From: Albugo candida
Taxonomy: Eukaryota
Direction: 5' to 3'
NCBI GenBank assembly: GCA_040437565.1
Contig: JBDOQK010000030.1
Coordinates: 248,001 to 312,000, forward strand
DNA length: 64,000 bases
Position numbers and translations under genes: made by a program. How positions within the stretch are numbered: the stretch's first letter is position 1; every line of letters starts with the position of its first letter. Below the pieces are notes generated by a model. It had not been told where the DNA came from, searched no databases, and saw only the letters and a list, made by a program, of their open reading frames with translations. Positions 27,530 to 40,848 of the stretch are shown one piece after another.

Positions 27530-28620
27530 TTATTGAAGTGAATGAATCCAATTGCATACATTCGCCATCGCGGTCTCCAAATCTTCAAATACACGAGGAT
27601 TATCGCGAAACGCTTCAACGAAGAAGAACTTACTGACAGCTCCGCATCGAGCCAGCCACGGCGATTCGGATAGCACGTCGGGTAAAATTCGGTCGGACGG
27701 ATTTTTCTGAAGGCAGCAGTGCAAAAACTCGCAAAATTCATGGGAAAAGTACTCGGAGGAAAGCGTTGGCGGATCGGCTTCTAGCACACTTTGGATCATC
27801 TAGAGCGAATAGCGTCAGTGGATTTTGATTTATTCCGAGCAGTTCGAACCTCTATACAGGTTTTGTGAGAGGGATACGGATATACTCCAGTGGCAGCCTC
27901 CATGAGTACAAGACCAAGACTCCACACATCCGACGCGTAGCTGTATGGGGCTCGTTGTATTCTCTCCGGCGACATGTATCGAAATGTTCCTACAAAAGTC
28001 CCGCACATTGCTGCAACATACGTGAGCCACGACTGGAAACGGAAACTCGAGAAAACGATAAACGACCGATTGAACTGCAAAGTTCGGTTGCAATACCGAA
28101 ATCCGAAAGCTTCACTTGTCCTCGACTATTGATCAAAATATTGGGCGGTTTGATATCTCGATGGACTCGTTTGCGCGTTTTGAGGTATGAAAGTGCGTAT
28201 AGAATCTGGTACGCAATGTTTCCAATGACGTTTTCCGGAATTGTTCCGAGTTGATGAATTACATTCTCCAATGATCCACCGTCCATAAATTCGAGTGCCA
28301 GCACGACCGCACTTTGCCGTAAAAATGCGCCGTAAAACGTAACCAAACACGGGCACTAAAATCGGAGTGAGTGTAGGACATAGCGATCAAGTGCGTACAT
28401 TAGAGTCGAATAAAGCGTTTATTTCTCTCATAATTTGCTCACGTTTTCCTTTGTCAAACATATTAATCATTTTAAGTGCTAGCGGAGTGTTTGTCGGTAT
28501 GTGACGCGATCGGATGACGCTACCGCTGCATCCACGACCGATAATGTCTCCGTTCCAATCCAATTCTTCAGGAACGACGCTAAATGCTCTTCCAGTGCCT
28601 TTCATAACGACACCTGTCGA
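27530..28620 (-). CDS. MAP kinase kinase (STE7/MEK family), 5' end lost in gap
   Basis: Multi-exon; [43 protein letters not shown]. Confidence 0.92.
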
Positions 28621-28720
28621 NNNNNNNNNNNNNNNNNNNNNNNNNNNNNNNNNNNNNNNNNNNNNNNNNNNNNNNNNNNNNNNNNNNNNNNNNNNNNNNN
28701 NNNNNNNNNNNNNNNNNNNN

Positions 28721-30274
28721 GGAAACCGGTTCCCACTGATAGCTACCGCGATGATACCGATATCCCATTGTCTCAAGCAAACGATCGCTTTCCATTGGCC
28801 CGCGCGATCCAAAAGGATATTTGATTGGCTGAATTTTCTTTGTCTCAATTTCGTGCAACAATGGCGTGAAGATTCTCCAAGCGGCTCGGAGTTCATCATC
28901 CCGCACAAAAGCAGCTTGTTTGCCTCGGAGAACGTCCAGTATTAGTCTCGTGTACGCCTCAGGAACCTGAGCGCCTGCATATCGCTTCGAATAGGAAAGA
29001 TCCAGCTCACTTGAGATCGTATTGGACCCAAGTCCTGGGCTCTTCACATTGAGCTTCATGTACACCGCTTCATCCGGTTGAAGACGTATGACGAGCTCTT
29101 GTGAGGGAACTTGGATGTTTGGAAACATTTTGGAAACGCCAGGGGGTCGATGGAATTGGATACGAACTTCTGCTTTACGCTCATTCAGCGCCTTGCCGGC
29201 TTTCATAATGAAAGGAACTCCTTCCCAACGAGCATTATTTATTTTTAGAACACATGTGGCAAATGTTGGCGTGATCGAGTCGTCCGGAACAGTGGGATCT
29301 TCTGTGTACCCTGGCTGCTGTAATTCCGAGTCGCCGTCATATTGTCCTAAAACAGACTCATCCAATTTGATTGGGTCGATACAATTGAGTACTTTGACTT
29401 TTTCGTCACGAATATAATCAGTATGATCGTCATTGGAAGCTTGTACTGGCGGTTCCATGGCGATTAAGGACAAGACTTGTAGTAAATGGTTCTGCATTAC
29501 ATCGCGTATGATTCCATAATTGTCGAAATAACCACCACGTCCCTGCGTCCCAATGTCCTCTTTAAATGTGATGAGAACGCTGGATATATACTGGTGGTTC
29601 CATATTGGCTCGAAAATTGTGTTTGCGAATCTCATAATCAGTAGATTTTGTACCATTTCCTTCCCCAGATAATGATCGATGCGGTAGAACTCATCTTCGC
29701 GATATAATGCACTCATATCGCTTGATAACTTGTCAAATGAAATAAGATCATGACCGAATGGTTTCTCCACAATTAATCGATTCCAACCTCTCACACTTAA
29801 TGCGCTTTGCTTGATACTTGATCCAATTGGTACAAAAACACTTGGGGGAATTGCGAAATAAAACAAATGATTCACTTTCAGGGATTGCATTTGTTTGGTG
29901 TGTTCCACATACATATTTTCAATTTCGTTGCTCACTTTGCCAACATCTTGAGCAGAATCGTAATTTCCAGAGCGATACAAGCACACAGATAGGAATTCAC
30001 GCTTCTTGACGGATTCCATGTCACTTTTTGCTTCGATTGATTTGCCAATGTGTCCTCTGAAATCGTCGTCTGTCATTTTGCTTCGAGCGTACCCCACAAT
30101 AATCACATGCTTTGGAAGATAATTTGCGCAATATAAAGAAAATAGAGAAGGATACGTCTTCTTCTTGGCTAGGTCACCGGACGCACCAATGACGAAAATC
30201 GTCAGCCTCTCTGCCAAGTACTCGTCGCACGTTGACGTTTCCATACTTTCCTCTCGAATGGTGGAATCGCTCAT
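28721..30274 (-). CDS. G6PD: Glucose-6-phosphate 1-dehydrogenase, last codons in gap
   Basis: GASGDLAKKK, EKPFG, RIDHYLGKE, GVPFIMKAGK, FGSRGP. Confidence 0.98.
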
Positions 30275-30602
30275 TGTAACTGATTAATGGAACAGCGCAG
30301 CAAAAAAAGAACCACGTGGATGCTCGCTTAATACGATATCCTGTTTGTGATGATGCTATTAATTACTATTTGTGAGAGGTGTCCTTAACGGTTTCTACGG
30401 AGAGAATCCGAAAACGTAAATAGCGTTATAAGCTTATACCCGAAGGCATTTTTGTGCTGTGAGATGTTCCATGGGAGACAGATTTTGCAGTTATGAAAAA
30501 TTGCACTGCTGAAATTAAGTGCGTATCTGTGAAGCGAAAAATAGTCGAAATCGTATGGTCAAAAATATTTGCAATAGTTTACAGAGGCGCATGTCGCATT
30601 AT

Positions 30603-32351
30603 TTATGCAGTCGTTTCATAAAAGGAAACGTCAACAAGCAAAGAAACATGATCCGAAGGGAACGTTGAAGAAGGAAGAGCCACTTCTGATGTGACTTGCT
30701 CTTTCGTAAACATTGGAAACGTCTGAACCACTTGGAGTGTCTTTTTGCTGATGAGAATATAGTCTAGTGTCCCATTGAAATTTTGAACGTAATTTGTGAA
30801 TTCAGGATAACCACATGCACTCGCGAGCTCCAAAGAATGACTGAAAGTTGGCTTCCAACTCCTCTTTCCATTTAAATTGCTCCAATCCTTTCTTTTGTCA
30901 CCTTTCTTTTGCTTCCATCGAAAATACTTTGCGCTTTTCCAGTCTCGATGCGATTGATTGATAGTGCCAGATAATAAGAAGGAAATAGGCGCCGTAGCAG
31001 GTAAAGTATTGTAATCACCAGTCATAACAACTCCAATAAGTTCGTTCTCAAATCTCTCCGATTGAATAATCTCTTCAATTTTGTGTACAATCGGAAGTGT
31101 CTGCAACAAACGACACATATGAGCATCATCGCGGTAAAATAAGTGCGTATTGGAGACCACCAAATACTTTGATTTCTGTGAAGCTGATTGCTCGATTGAT
31201 TGAAGCAACAGTACTTGAGCAACCGATGGGGCTCTTTGCACGCATTTGGCGACTTCAGGGTACATTTGCAAAACATTTAGGACGGAAAATTGAGATGGGT
31301 TTGTAAGCGAAGCCGAAATATTGACAACATGTGATTCCACAATCTTGAAACGATTTTTTTTGACAAAGATGGCACAACCTTCCCTGGTAGATCCCGTTTT
31401 CTCCGCAAATGTCCCAAGGTATCCTCTGAATTCAAATACCGGCAGTAGAATAGTGTGGTAAGTATCCGTTCCAACTTCTTGTAAGCACACCAAATCCGGG
31501 CACATTTCCTGGATTTCCAATATCACTAGCTGTAGTCGATACTCCTCGTTTAATGCAGACGGCGCTGTGTATGGGAAAACGCTAACGTGCCCGGGTACTT
31601 TGGTCGTGTAACCACTGTATAGAATGTTGTAACTCATGACTCGTATTGAGGAAGTCGGTTTCTGTTCGCAACCAAGACGTTTTCTAGGAAGGAATACATC
31701 CCGATTTGGACCAGCGCCGACCGCGGATGTTTGGTATGCATACTTTTCTTGGAGGTAGTGTTGGCCGGGTCGTAAAGACACAGCACAGTTCAAAATAAGT
31801 CGGCTTCCCAAGTCATCTTCGTTAGGTACATAGACTAGACTTTGCGAACATTCCGATGCATAATCATCGAAACCGTCCTTACGCATCCAGACCCATTCAC
31901 AATCTTGTAAAGTACAGAATTCCAGGTTCACTATTGGGACTATAGGAACTCCGACCATAGCAGGCTCCAGTGTGGAGAGACTGAGAATACGAGGCTGATT
32001 TTTGACAACCACGTAGTCAACCTTCCCAAGACGTAAAAAACTAGAATACTTCAGGACATCTTCAACTAGTAAATTGTCTCCTCCAAGCTCACTTTTATCT
32101 TCTCGCAAAAAACTGACAGCTATCCGATCACTTCGATTCGTTGATTTTTCTTGGCGGATGGATGCCGTGTCGTCTGCATGTGCATCCTCCTGTTTCTCTT
32201 CATTTACAGCAAAAAGTCGTATACGCGATAACAGTTGATTCAAGTTTTCGCTCAGATCGCGATAAAGGTGCTTTTTTTCATTGTTCCATATAATATCTAG
32301 TGTGAGGTGATTATCGCCTTCCATGTGGCGCACATGCGCGATGTTCATCAT
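30603..32351 (-). CDS. PDE12: 2',5'-phosphodiesterase 12 / CCR4-like EEP nuclease
   Basis: SYNIL, LQEV, NTHL, GDYN, TLDYI, PSDH; N-terminal PDE12-type extension. Confidence 0.9.
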   Translation of the reverse strand: MMNIAHVRHMEGDNHLTLDIIWNNEKKHLYRDLSENLNQLLSRIRLFAVNEEKQEDAHADDTASIRQEKSTNRSDRIAVSFLREDKSELGGDNLLVEDVLKYSSFLRLGKVDYVVVKNQPRILSLSTLEPAMVGVPIVPIVNLEFCTLQDCEWVWMRKDGFDDYASECSQSLVYVPNEDDLGSRLILNCAVSLRPGQHYLQEKYAYQTSAVGAGPNRDVFLPRKRLGCEQKPTSSIRVMSYNILYSGYTTKVPGHVSVFPYTAPSALNEEYRLQLVILEIQEMCPDLVCLQEVGTDTYHTILLPVFEFRGYLGTFAEKTGSTREGCAIFVKKNRFKIVESHVVNISASLTNPSQFSVLNVLQMYPEVAKCVQRAPSVAQVLLLQSIEQSASQKSKYLVVSNTHLFYRDDAHMCRLLQTLPIVHKIEEIIQSERFENELIGVVMTGDYNTLPATAPISFLLSGTINQSHRDWKSAKYFRWKQKKGDKRKDWSNLNGKRSWKPTFSHSLELASACGYPEFTNYVQNFNGTLDYILISKKTLQVVQTFPMFTKEQVTSEVALPSSTFPSDHVSLLVDVSFYETTA

Positions 32352-33599
32352 GGCATATCGTAACAAATTGTATAACAGTTATCCTGCTTTCATTATCCAA
32401 TCAAGCATGAAGCTAGCTTAACGCTCAAATGTTTTGTCTTAAATGCGGTTCATGTATCTAATGGAGAGGATGCTCCTTGATTTCTTAGGTGTGCATCTAA
32501 TTAAGACACCAACAACAATGCCATTAAAAAGAAGCTCAAAATAGTTTCTGGTGAGTAAGTCTCTGAATTGAACGCTGTTTATTCGCCTTTGAGATCCAGC
32601 TGACAGATAGATAACGCGATACATGAGCGGCTGTCGCAGTTACCTATGCAACGAAGCGACGTAATTTGCTGTTACCACATTTTTTTCGTTCAACTCGCCA
32701 TATGAATTTTCCGATTTCTTGCATACATCTCATACATCAGGACAGTGTTACTATCGTTCAAATTTATTAATTTTCTCCATACTTTAGTATAATTGTGTCA
32801 ACACCCGAAAGTACTATTAACAACTGTTACAAATGTTGTACGAAAGTTCAAGTACACGTACATAAACAACAAATTTACAGATTTTGCTAAATACACGCCA
32901 AAATTGGGTGACTGTATGCGAGGAGAGTCTCCTGTAAAATCTGTGTGAAGGGGAGATCTAATCTGAAACACATCATCGAACGGACTTTATGCGTGCGAAT
33001 GAGCCAATGATGATTTAAGAAACCCATAACAACCAATGTGCGCTCTCATAGCGTATAAGCGCGAGTGTGTACCGACTGGAATACACCAAATTACATGCTA
33101 CATGCTCCACAGGTACTCTACACACTCACTCTCTATGTAGCCATTGTGTACAATAGTCACAAATCTCTTCTAAGATTTCGTAATATCGAGAAAGACGGGA
33201 CATACAAATCCTGCGACATTGGGTAATGCACAAGTATTCTTTAGAGAGCGATGTGTGCAAATAGAGCATTATCTGCAGAGAAGCTATTTCAGCACTTCAT
33301 GCTCGACATGTAAGGACCGGGTTACAGCCAGTTACGTTTTTACAATGGAAATTTGGGAGATGTGAGGTCGACTGAACGATAAATTTTCGTTCGAAAATAC
33401 AATTTACTCTACTTTCACGTCTTCGTGGAATTACTTGGTGCGTCTACCGAAAAAAGTTCTGCACACTACCATCCAAGGTATTTATCAACGCCGTGATCCA
33501 ATCGGAATCGGCGTACACCATCACCGACTCGGCTGATTGATACTCAGTACTCACGAAGACTACTCACCTTCGTACCTGACCCAAGCTCCGACTTATTTC

Positions 33600-34766
33600 A
33601 TGCTCGAGGAAGCTCAACTATTACTTCACAATACAAACTCAACACACATAAGGTTACATTGGATGGCTTCGTCACCCAATACAAACAAGACACGAAAAGC
33701 AAAGGATCAGCATTATAAACAAGAGCAAGCAAAATCGACCGAATTCCATCATACTTCTGTACCATTGGAATCACATACGATGTTCAACACGGATCTCATG
33801 CCGTCGGTAGCGTGCGACCCGCAGATTCGATATAACTCATCAAATGCAAATATAACCCCGACATCAGAACCACACCAAAGTGCTGCGATGCGACTCAGTT
33901 TTATTATCAACGAGGAACCCGACACTGCTACTCCCAAATCCGAACAAGTGTACCCTCAGAAGCCTTTGAAGATTAAGGAGACGTATACTCCGAGGCTCAC
34001 GTATGGACTCAAGATTCAAGGCTTGAGGACTAATGCACTCACAGACTTTGACCCCAACTTGTTTTCCACACACTTGTCAGAAAATAACGCAAACGAAGAT
34101 CGAGTCGCTGTACCGCAGAGCTGTGACTCAGTGACAAGCATCCTTTCTCCGGCAGTCAGTATCAGCACTATAGGAAGCACTAGTGCAAACACAAGAAGTC
34201 GAACGGATCTGGATCTTCTCTTGAACAATATATGTGACAAGGCTGGATGTCATCGAACTGTGCGTGGGCCCCGAGGGACTCGATGTAAATATCACAAACA
34301 GAATCGATTTTGTCGCGCAGATGGATGCCAGAAAAGTGCAAAATCAGGTGGATTTTGTATCGCACATGGTGGAGGAAAACGGTGTTCGTATCCCGAATGC
34401 CCGAAAAGCGCCAAACAAGGCGGCTTATGTATTTCGCACGGTGGTGGTAAACGGTGTAGCGCACTTCATTGCACGAAATCGGCTTTATTGGGTGGATTTT
34501 GCTCCTCTCACGGTGGAGGAAGAAAGTGTCGCGTGGATCAGTGCACCAAAACAGCTTTGTTAGGAGGTACCTGCATCGCGCACGGTGGCGGTAAGCGTTG
34601 TCAAGTGAGCAGCTGCACAAAGAGCGCAGTTGGCGGTTTGTATTGCGTCTCTCACGGTGGAGGAAAGCGATGTCAGGACGTCGGATGCGATAAAGGGGCT
34701 GTTCGTCATGGATTTTGTATCCGACATGGAGGAAAACGGCAGCGCATGCGGCAAGAATTAGGATAA
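33600..34766 (+). CDS. Cys/His HGGG-repeat (WRKY19-like zinc repeat) protein
   Basis: Six 24-aa repeats C-x4-C-x-K-x-A-x5-C-x2-HGG(G) plus one degenerate unit; start codon uncertain (33600, 33663 or 33780). Confidence 0.88.
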   Translation: MLEEAQLLLHNTNSTHIRLHWMASSPNTNKTRKAKDQHYKQEQAKSTEFHHTSVPLESHTMFNTDLMPSVACDPQIRYNSSNANITPTSEPHQSAAMRLSFIINEEPDTATPKSEQVYPQKPLKIKETYTPRLTYGLKIQGLRTNALTDFDPNLFSTHLSENNANEDRVAVPQSCDSVTSILSPAVSISTIGSTSANTRSRTDLDLLLNNICDKAGCHRTVRGPRGTRCKYHKQNRFCRADGCQKSAKSGGFCIAHGGGKRCSYPECPKSAKQGGLCISHGGGKRCSALHCTKSALLGGFCSSHGGGRKCRVDQCTKTALLGGTCIAHGGGKRCQVSSCTKSAVGGLYCVSHGGGKRCQDVGCDKGAVRHGFCIRHGGKRQRMRQELG

Positions 34767-34889
34767 GAAGAATGTGTGATAAGAATCGTNNNNNNNNNNN
34801 NNNNNNNNNNNNNNNNNNNNNNNNNNNNNNNNNNNNNNNNNNNNNNNNNNNNNNNNNNNNNNNNNNNNNNNNNNNNNNNNNNNNNNNNN

Positions 34890-36331
34890 ATGAATGAGAG
34901 AAGTGGAAATGTCGCAGAAGGTTGCGTCAATGAATTCGAAATGATTCCTGATCGATTTAGTGTGTTACCGCACGTGACACAAGGTTGATGCTCACTACTA
35001 TTTATATAAATTCTGACGAGTATCCAATTGTCAGCGTTACGTGAAAATGGACTGAGGAATTGTAATCTGATTATCGGCATTGATTGTAAGATGCGCTGAC
35101 CGCCACGACCACGCTCATAATTGTATCATAAGACACAAAGTCCAATGAATGGAGTGGGAGAAACACTTTTGACCGCAAAAATCTACATGATGTGAGTTGC
35201 TGGAATCCATACAAAGAAGTGATCGATACAATTGGGAAGACATTGCGAGAATTCGGTACAGATGGCAGAATTTGTCACATGTCGATTTCACTCACCTTTT
35301 ACTGCAGATGAAGATGACTGCATACCTTGTTACGGTTTTGGGGATACATTGACGCAGGATCATTCAGTATTTTCATTTGCATCTGATTCCGGACTGCCGT
35401 TCGAGCAGATCCTCACACGGTTTGTCATCTACTTTCTTGATCCTGAGCGATTCTCAAAGTGTAAAAGATACTGTCAACTAGTTCCACATATAAAAATGGC
35501 GGGTCCGACATCTTTTGCTCCAATTGTGCATCAGGCCATTTCCATTGTCAATTCCACTGGAACGTATCATATTTTAGTCATAATTGCGGACGGACAAATG
35601 ACACGATCTGTTGATACGCCTTCCCATTTGCTGAGTAAAAATGAACAGGAGACAGTTGATGCTATCTGCCTGGCGAGTCATTTCCCACTGAGTATCGTGA
35701 TGGTTGGTGTTGGTGATGGACCTTGGGACGCTATGCTCTACTTTGACAATCATTTGCGTGACAGACGATTCGATAATTTCCAATTTGTCGACTTTCATGT
35801 ACGTTTACAATCCGACAAAGCGTTTCTTCACACTCGCTGTTGTAGAAAATAACATCAGAATGCAATACGCCTGGGAAAAGACAGACGCAGTTTGCCCTTC
35901 GCGCGTTGATGGAGATCCCTGAGCAGTATCGTGCGATTGTTCGACTCGGGTATACGAGAAAGGGGTCTAATAATTATGGAAGAGACATCTCGTTTGTTAT
36001 GGTGTACCCCCCGCCGGACACGCAAGCAGACCTCAGTCCTTTTCAATTGGGAGAGAAACACTCAGAGCGACTGTCGGCTCCTTCGGCGCCATCATTGGCC
36101 GATGCAAACTCTCAGTGGGAAGCAGAAAATGTTACATCCCAAGTCACAAGTACTACATCCGATGAGCTCGCGAGCTTGCAGGATCAGCTTTTGTGTTGTA
36201 TATGTGAGGAACGTAGAAAAAATATCGTTTTCCAGTGCGGTCATGAGACCTGTGAGGTCTGCGCCGATCAGCTACACGAGTGTCCCAATTGCCGCGAGAA
36301 GATTCAAATTCGGATAAAGCGGTATTTGTAG
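34890..36331 (+). CDS. RGLG: RGLG-type E3 ubiquitin ligase (copine vWA + RING)
   Basis: Multi-exon; NLIIGIDYTKSNEWSG, GPTSFAP, HILVIIADG, GVGDGPWD, RRFDNFQFV, C-terminal C3HC4 RING; true N-terminus may lie in gap. Confidence 0.92.
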
Positions 36332-38064
36332 TGAAGAGTTTGTCTCGATTTGCGGCTTTACTCTAAAAAAATGTAATTCAATTATGTTGCATTGTGTTTG
36401 GATCGCTTGAATTGACTTTCGGTCAAAATTTGCGTACAGAAAGGTCCAATGAACAAAATTTCGGAAAGGTAATCGCTGGTGCCGTTCCGCACGTTCAAGT
36501 CGTTTGTTCAGCAATATGTATTGGCTGTGAAGTAAGCTTATGCCGCCTCGCAGGCCTCTCGCCCGATTTCTCGAAAGGGTGAACGTACCCGTGTTCACTC
36601 ATCATGTGAAGGATACAGTCTGATTGAACACCTTATTCGCGCTGGCTGTCTGCGGGCGAAAGTTGAGAAATGTGTACAAAAAGAGCCAGCATGCGCTTGT
36701 CCGAGTTGAGACTTTATTGTCCATCATTTTTACTCCATTTATATATAGAGGTCGAGTAAGCTTTAAGGTAGTTCCACTTTTGGTGGGAAAGTACTGTCAA
36801 CGAGTCAGATGTGTAGCCACACATATTCATCGCTTTGGATCCGCTCACAGGGCGTTCTATAAGCTGATGCTTGGTACATAAAGCAGTATAAATGAACAAG
36901 CCAGTGGATAGGAAAACTACCAAAACTGCATTTTGTCGTTTGTGATCCAACACTCTAAACATAGTTTGCCTTTCTACGCTGCCAGTTGCTTTACACTGGA
37001 CAATGGCTCTTCTATGATAAACCAATCTGAGGCTGTGAGGCTTTAAATCGCAAACACTAATCATTCTAATCATTCTGTAGTTCTCCCTCTTGATCGTTAC
37101 TTTTTTTAGTCTATTTAGACGTAAATAACCATAAATGGGTTGGCGATGGTTGTGACTCTGACATGCTACTTTTTCTTGTCAGCAGCCTCTATGGAGAGGA
37201 AAATGTCTGAAGCTTGGAAGCAAGCTGCTTTGATACTTGTAGATGCCACTAGTCAATCGATAAGCGATGAGAATATCAGCTAATGGAATCGGAATTATTC
37301 GCTCCAGTAACCTAGCTAGCAAGTCTTCAAATCCTGGAATAGCGTTGTCGTGCTCAATATCGACTGCTATAGACTGAGTCGCTGTTACATTGAAGCAACA
37401 AATTGTTTCTCGCTAGCTTGCATTTGGAAGTCGGTTCTGATGAATAGTTACTGTCGCGTTCATTCCATTAGCCTTTGATCACGACAGTGTATCACTAAGA
37501 GTACAAAAGATCAATAAAACTTTACTGAACAATGGAACCTGAATCTAACCTGATACGTGAGTGCTCCAAGAGCTCTACAGTTTCGCCGCTGTCGATGAAA
37601 TACGGCGTTGCGGCTAGGTCTAGAGTAGGTGAAGAACCATGAACCCTATTGCCTGGCAGCTTGCGGCAGACGAGGTTTTATCCTGTATCCCTCCCACCAA
37701 TCGTTTTTTTCTATAGTCGACACAGCACAATTCATTGAATTGGAAGAGGGAGAACTTTTCCGAACGGAAAATAACCTCATCTTTTCGACGTGTGTCACCG
37801 GATTACAGCTTTATCATAAAGCACTCGGTCGATCGATTCGCGCCAAAAGAAACAGAGTGCTCGTGTAAACGTATCGCTCCACTCCGCTTTAGTAATCGAG
37901 TATTTCCGTCTGCTTCCTTGTAAGTTACCTCCACTCTTTCTGTCTAATGAGGCATTACTCAAGCTGTACAAATTTAAGGTCACAGTAACCAAGACAGCAG
38001 CACACATTCCGACTTACCAAATCACAATAATTGATCAATAAGACTGCTAGCGGTGTACTTTAGA

Positions 38065-39186
38065 ATGAGCGATTGGATATTTACAGCGCAGGAAGTTGCT
38101 TGCTCTCCCTCAAGAAAAGACGGAATGGGATATCAAGAAGAATTAATCACTCGAAAACAAGCGTGTGACTTTATCGAGAAACTTGCTAAAGCTCTTCAAT
38201 TATCGAAAATCACGCAAATCACCGGCACCACCTATTTGCATCGATTTTACATGCGTCAATCTTTTCTACGTTACGATAAATACATCACAGCGACCTCGTG
38301 TTTGTTTCTGGGTGCCAAAATTGAGGAACAGTCTTTGAGGGCAACTCAAGTGGCGCAAGAATACATCCAAATACGTAAGAGTATCGAAAAAGACAGGGTA
38401 TTTGCTGTACAAAAACACGATCCCACTCAAATCGCGGACAGCATAATATATCTAGAGGGAGTGGTGATGCACACGATGGTATACGATATGACAGTCATCC
38501 ACCCGTATCAGTATATCAACGAAAAAGTGGACGCTGTTATCCGGTTAGCAACAGCTTTATCGGAGCAGGAAAAACGACAAATGAGTGCCAAAATAAAGCA
38601 AGTTGCGTGGAGTGTATTAAACGACAGTGCCTATACGTGCGCCTGTATACGTCAAGAGCCACACAATTTGGCAGCAGGCGCTGTATATCTTGCGGGAATG
38701 TATGAAAATTATGTGTCACTTACGATGCGCTCTACCAACGGTGAGCCTTGGTGGACGGCCTTATCATCGTCTTTTCATACCTTGCAAGGTATCTTGTTAG
38801 CGTCAGATGCAAAACAGAGTGCGGTTTGTGTCGTTGACTCATAAGCATTTTTATCTATAGACGCAGCAACGTTTTTGCTGGAAGCATACACGGAGCCTTA
38901 TATCAATACGCGAGTGCTGCCTGCAGGACTGGCAAAGCTGGTCTACACGTTTCATCCATCTGGTTCGATTCGAGATATCAATGCGATGCAAATCTCTGAT
39001 CTCGATTTAGGACCGTTGGCTCATCAGTCCGTGACGTCTCCTATGGAGTCGATTTGTGTCACTTCACCGGAGAGCAGTAATTTGGATCGTTCACCGGTGG
39101 ATCAGGACTTTGACGCTGATATGAAAACAAAAGAATTTGTAGAAAGCCCAAGGGAACCAGGACATGTCTCCACCTCCATTGATTGA
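38065..39186 (+). CDS. Transcriptional cyclin (cyclin K/T-like)
   Basis: Exons 38065-38788, 38861-39186; SPSRKDG, YLHRFYM, CLFLGAKIEE, HPYQY. Confidence 0.88.
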
Positions 39187-39586
39187 CTAACTGGTCATCT
39201 GCTGAGGCTTGCGAGTTGCTTTCATTGCTTACCATTTTTTCGAGTCAAAAGTATACAAAGGAGCCACCACCGCTGGTACGTTCCAATTGACAAACATGGA
39301 ATGCTCTCTATGATAAAAAAAGTGTCAAAAAAAACATATTTATAAAAACGAATAAAAAAAGGGTCAAGTGGACCACGATTACATGTGTACTACACGTCAG
39401 TCACTCTCAGATAGCTACATGCGTGAACCGAGCGCTTGACTTTGAGTTTCAGGCAGCGTCTTTCAATATGCTGTTGACTGAGATTTCGCAGGTTGCCGAA
39501 AGAATTTAAACGCTGAAATACTTTCGTACGTCAAATATTCTAAATTTCTGATCCACAATCTTGAATCAGACTCAGATCAGAATCAA

Positions 39587-40802
39587 ATGCTTTGGTCGTT
39601 GCTGACATCAGCACGCGGTCGTGTGTCTCGCTTTGTTGCACGACACAAAACGTTTTTCATCGCATCAAGTGTGTCTTGTGCATGTTTAATTGCAGGCGTT
39701 TATTATGTACAACGTCGCCTTTTGCAGAATGCGAATGAAATGACTCAAAAGTGGCAAATGGAAATGCTCCGACGACAACAAATGCGTTTCTTCCTCAAGC
39801 AAACGTGTACCGAAAGTTTACAAACAGTCAAACAGTTTCTTCCACAAATAAAAATCCGATTATACGAAAAATTTGCTTTGGAAAGTGTTGTTAAGAAATT
39901 AAAAGATCCTGAAATCCGTAACGATAAAAAGCGACGTCAATCACTTTGGGAGGAAGCAAAAAACCTCGCTTTTGGTCGTTTTTTCGCGGCAATTCTCGTG
40001 CTTTCGCTATGGCAACTGCTTGTGTTTGCGCAGCTGAGCACAATCGGGCAAGACACATTCCTCAATGAAATTGAGAGCACAGATTTTCAACACGATCCTT
40101 CCAAGAAGAAGGCTTTAAAAGACGAAAAAGATCAACAAGAGCGATGCACAGCTCATCGTCGATTCCTAATGCACGGTATTGAGTACTTTCTCGGGGACGG
40201 AATCGACAAAATCATGTTGTATGTCGAGTCAGCGCTTGCGAAAAATACGTTTTTACAAAGGTTTGTGACATGTTACGAAATGTATCGAGAGTTAGTTTTT
40301 GTATCGTAGCTGGCAAGTGCATCGAAAGGCAAAAGTTACGCAAGAGGAATTCACTCATGTTGTGCACGCAATGAGTGAGTCATTACAGTTGCGTCGTGGA
40401 AGAGAAACGGTCGATACTGTAGCCGACTTGAGAATGTGGCGATCTTTTCTCATATGCGATACACACGACAATCATTCTACCGAAAAATGTGGCGAACATT
40501 TCGATCAATTATCACTTTTACTGCAAAACGATTGCTTTTTACAAGCGCTTGAAAAGACTGTGCAATATGTCAGTGTTTCGAATATTACAGAAATGCACAA
40601 TACGATTTACATGAGCGAGGATTATGAGCCTCCACTGGCGAAACTCATCCCTCAGGTACAGGCGCAGACGTCGCGATTAGTTGCGCTCTATGAAGGAGAC
40701 GACATACTATCTCAAGAGCACTCACAGCACATTATGGAGTTGGATGCCTTCCAGACGTTTTATGAGACAGCTTTCTTCCCAAAGGAATCGGTCGCAGCGT
40801 AA
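39587..40802 (+). CDS. PEX3: Peroxin-3
   Basis: Exons 39587-40260, 40310-40802; N-terminal RHK + TM, LWEEAK..AFGR, PLAKLIP. Confidence 0.8.
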
Positions 40803-40848
40803 GGATAAACATTTGAGTAATAAAAATATCGAGTTGATGATTATCGAG

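Noticed and set aside
27530-30274. Apparent G6PD-MAPKK fusion in the ORF track
   Set aside because: Continuity is only through a 100-N gap of unknown true length; G6PD is essentially complete before the gap and there is no overlap evidence
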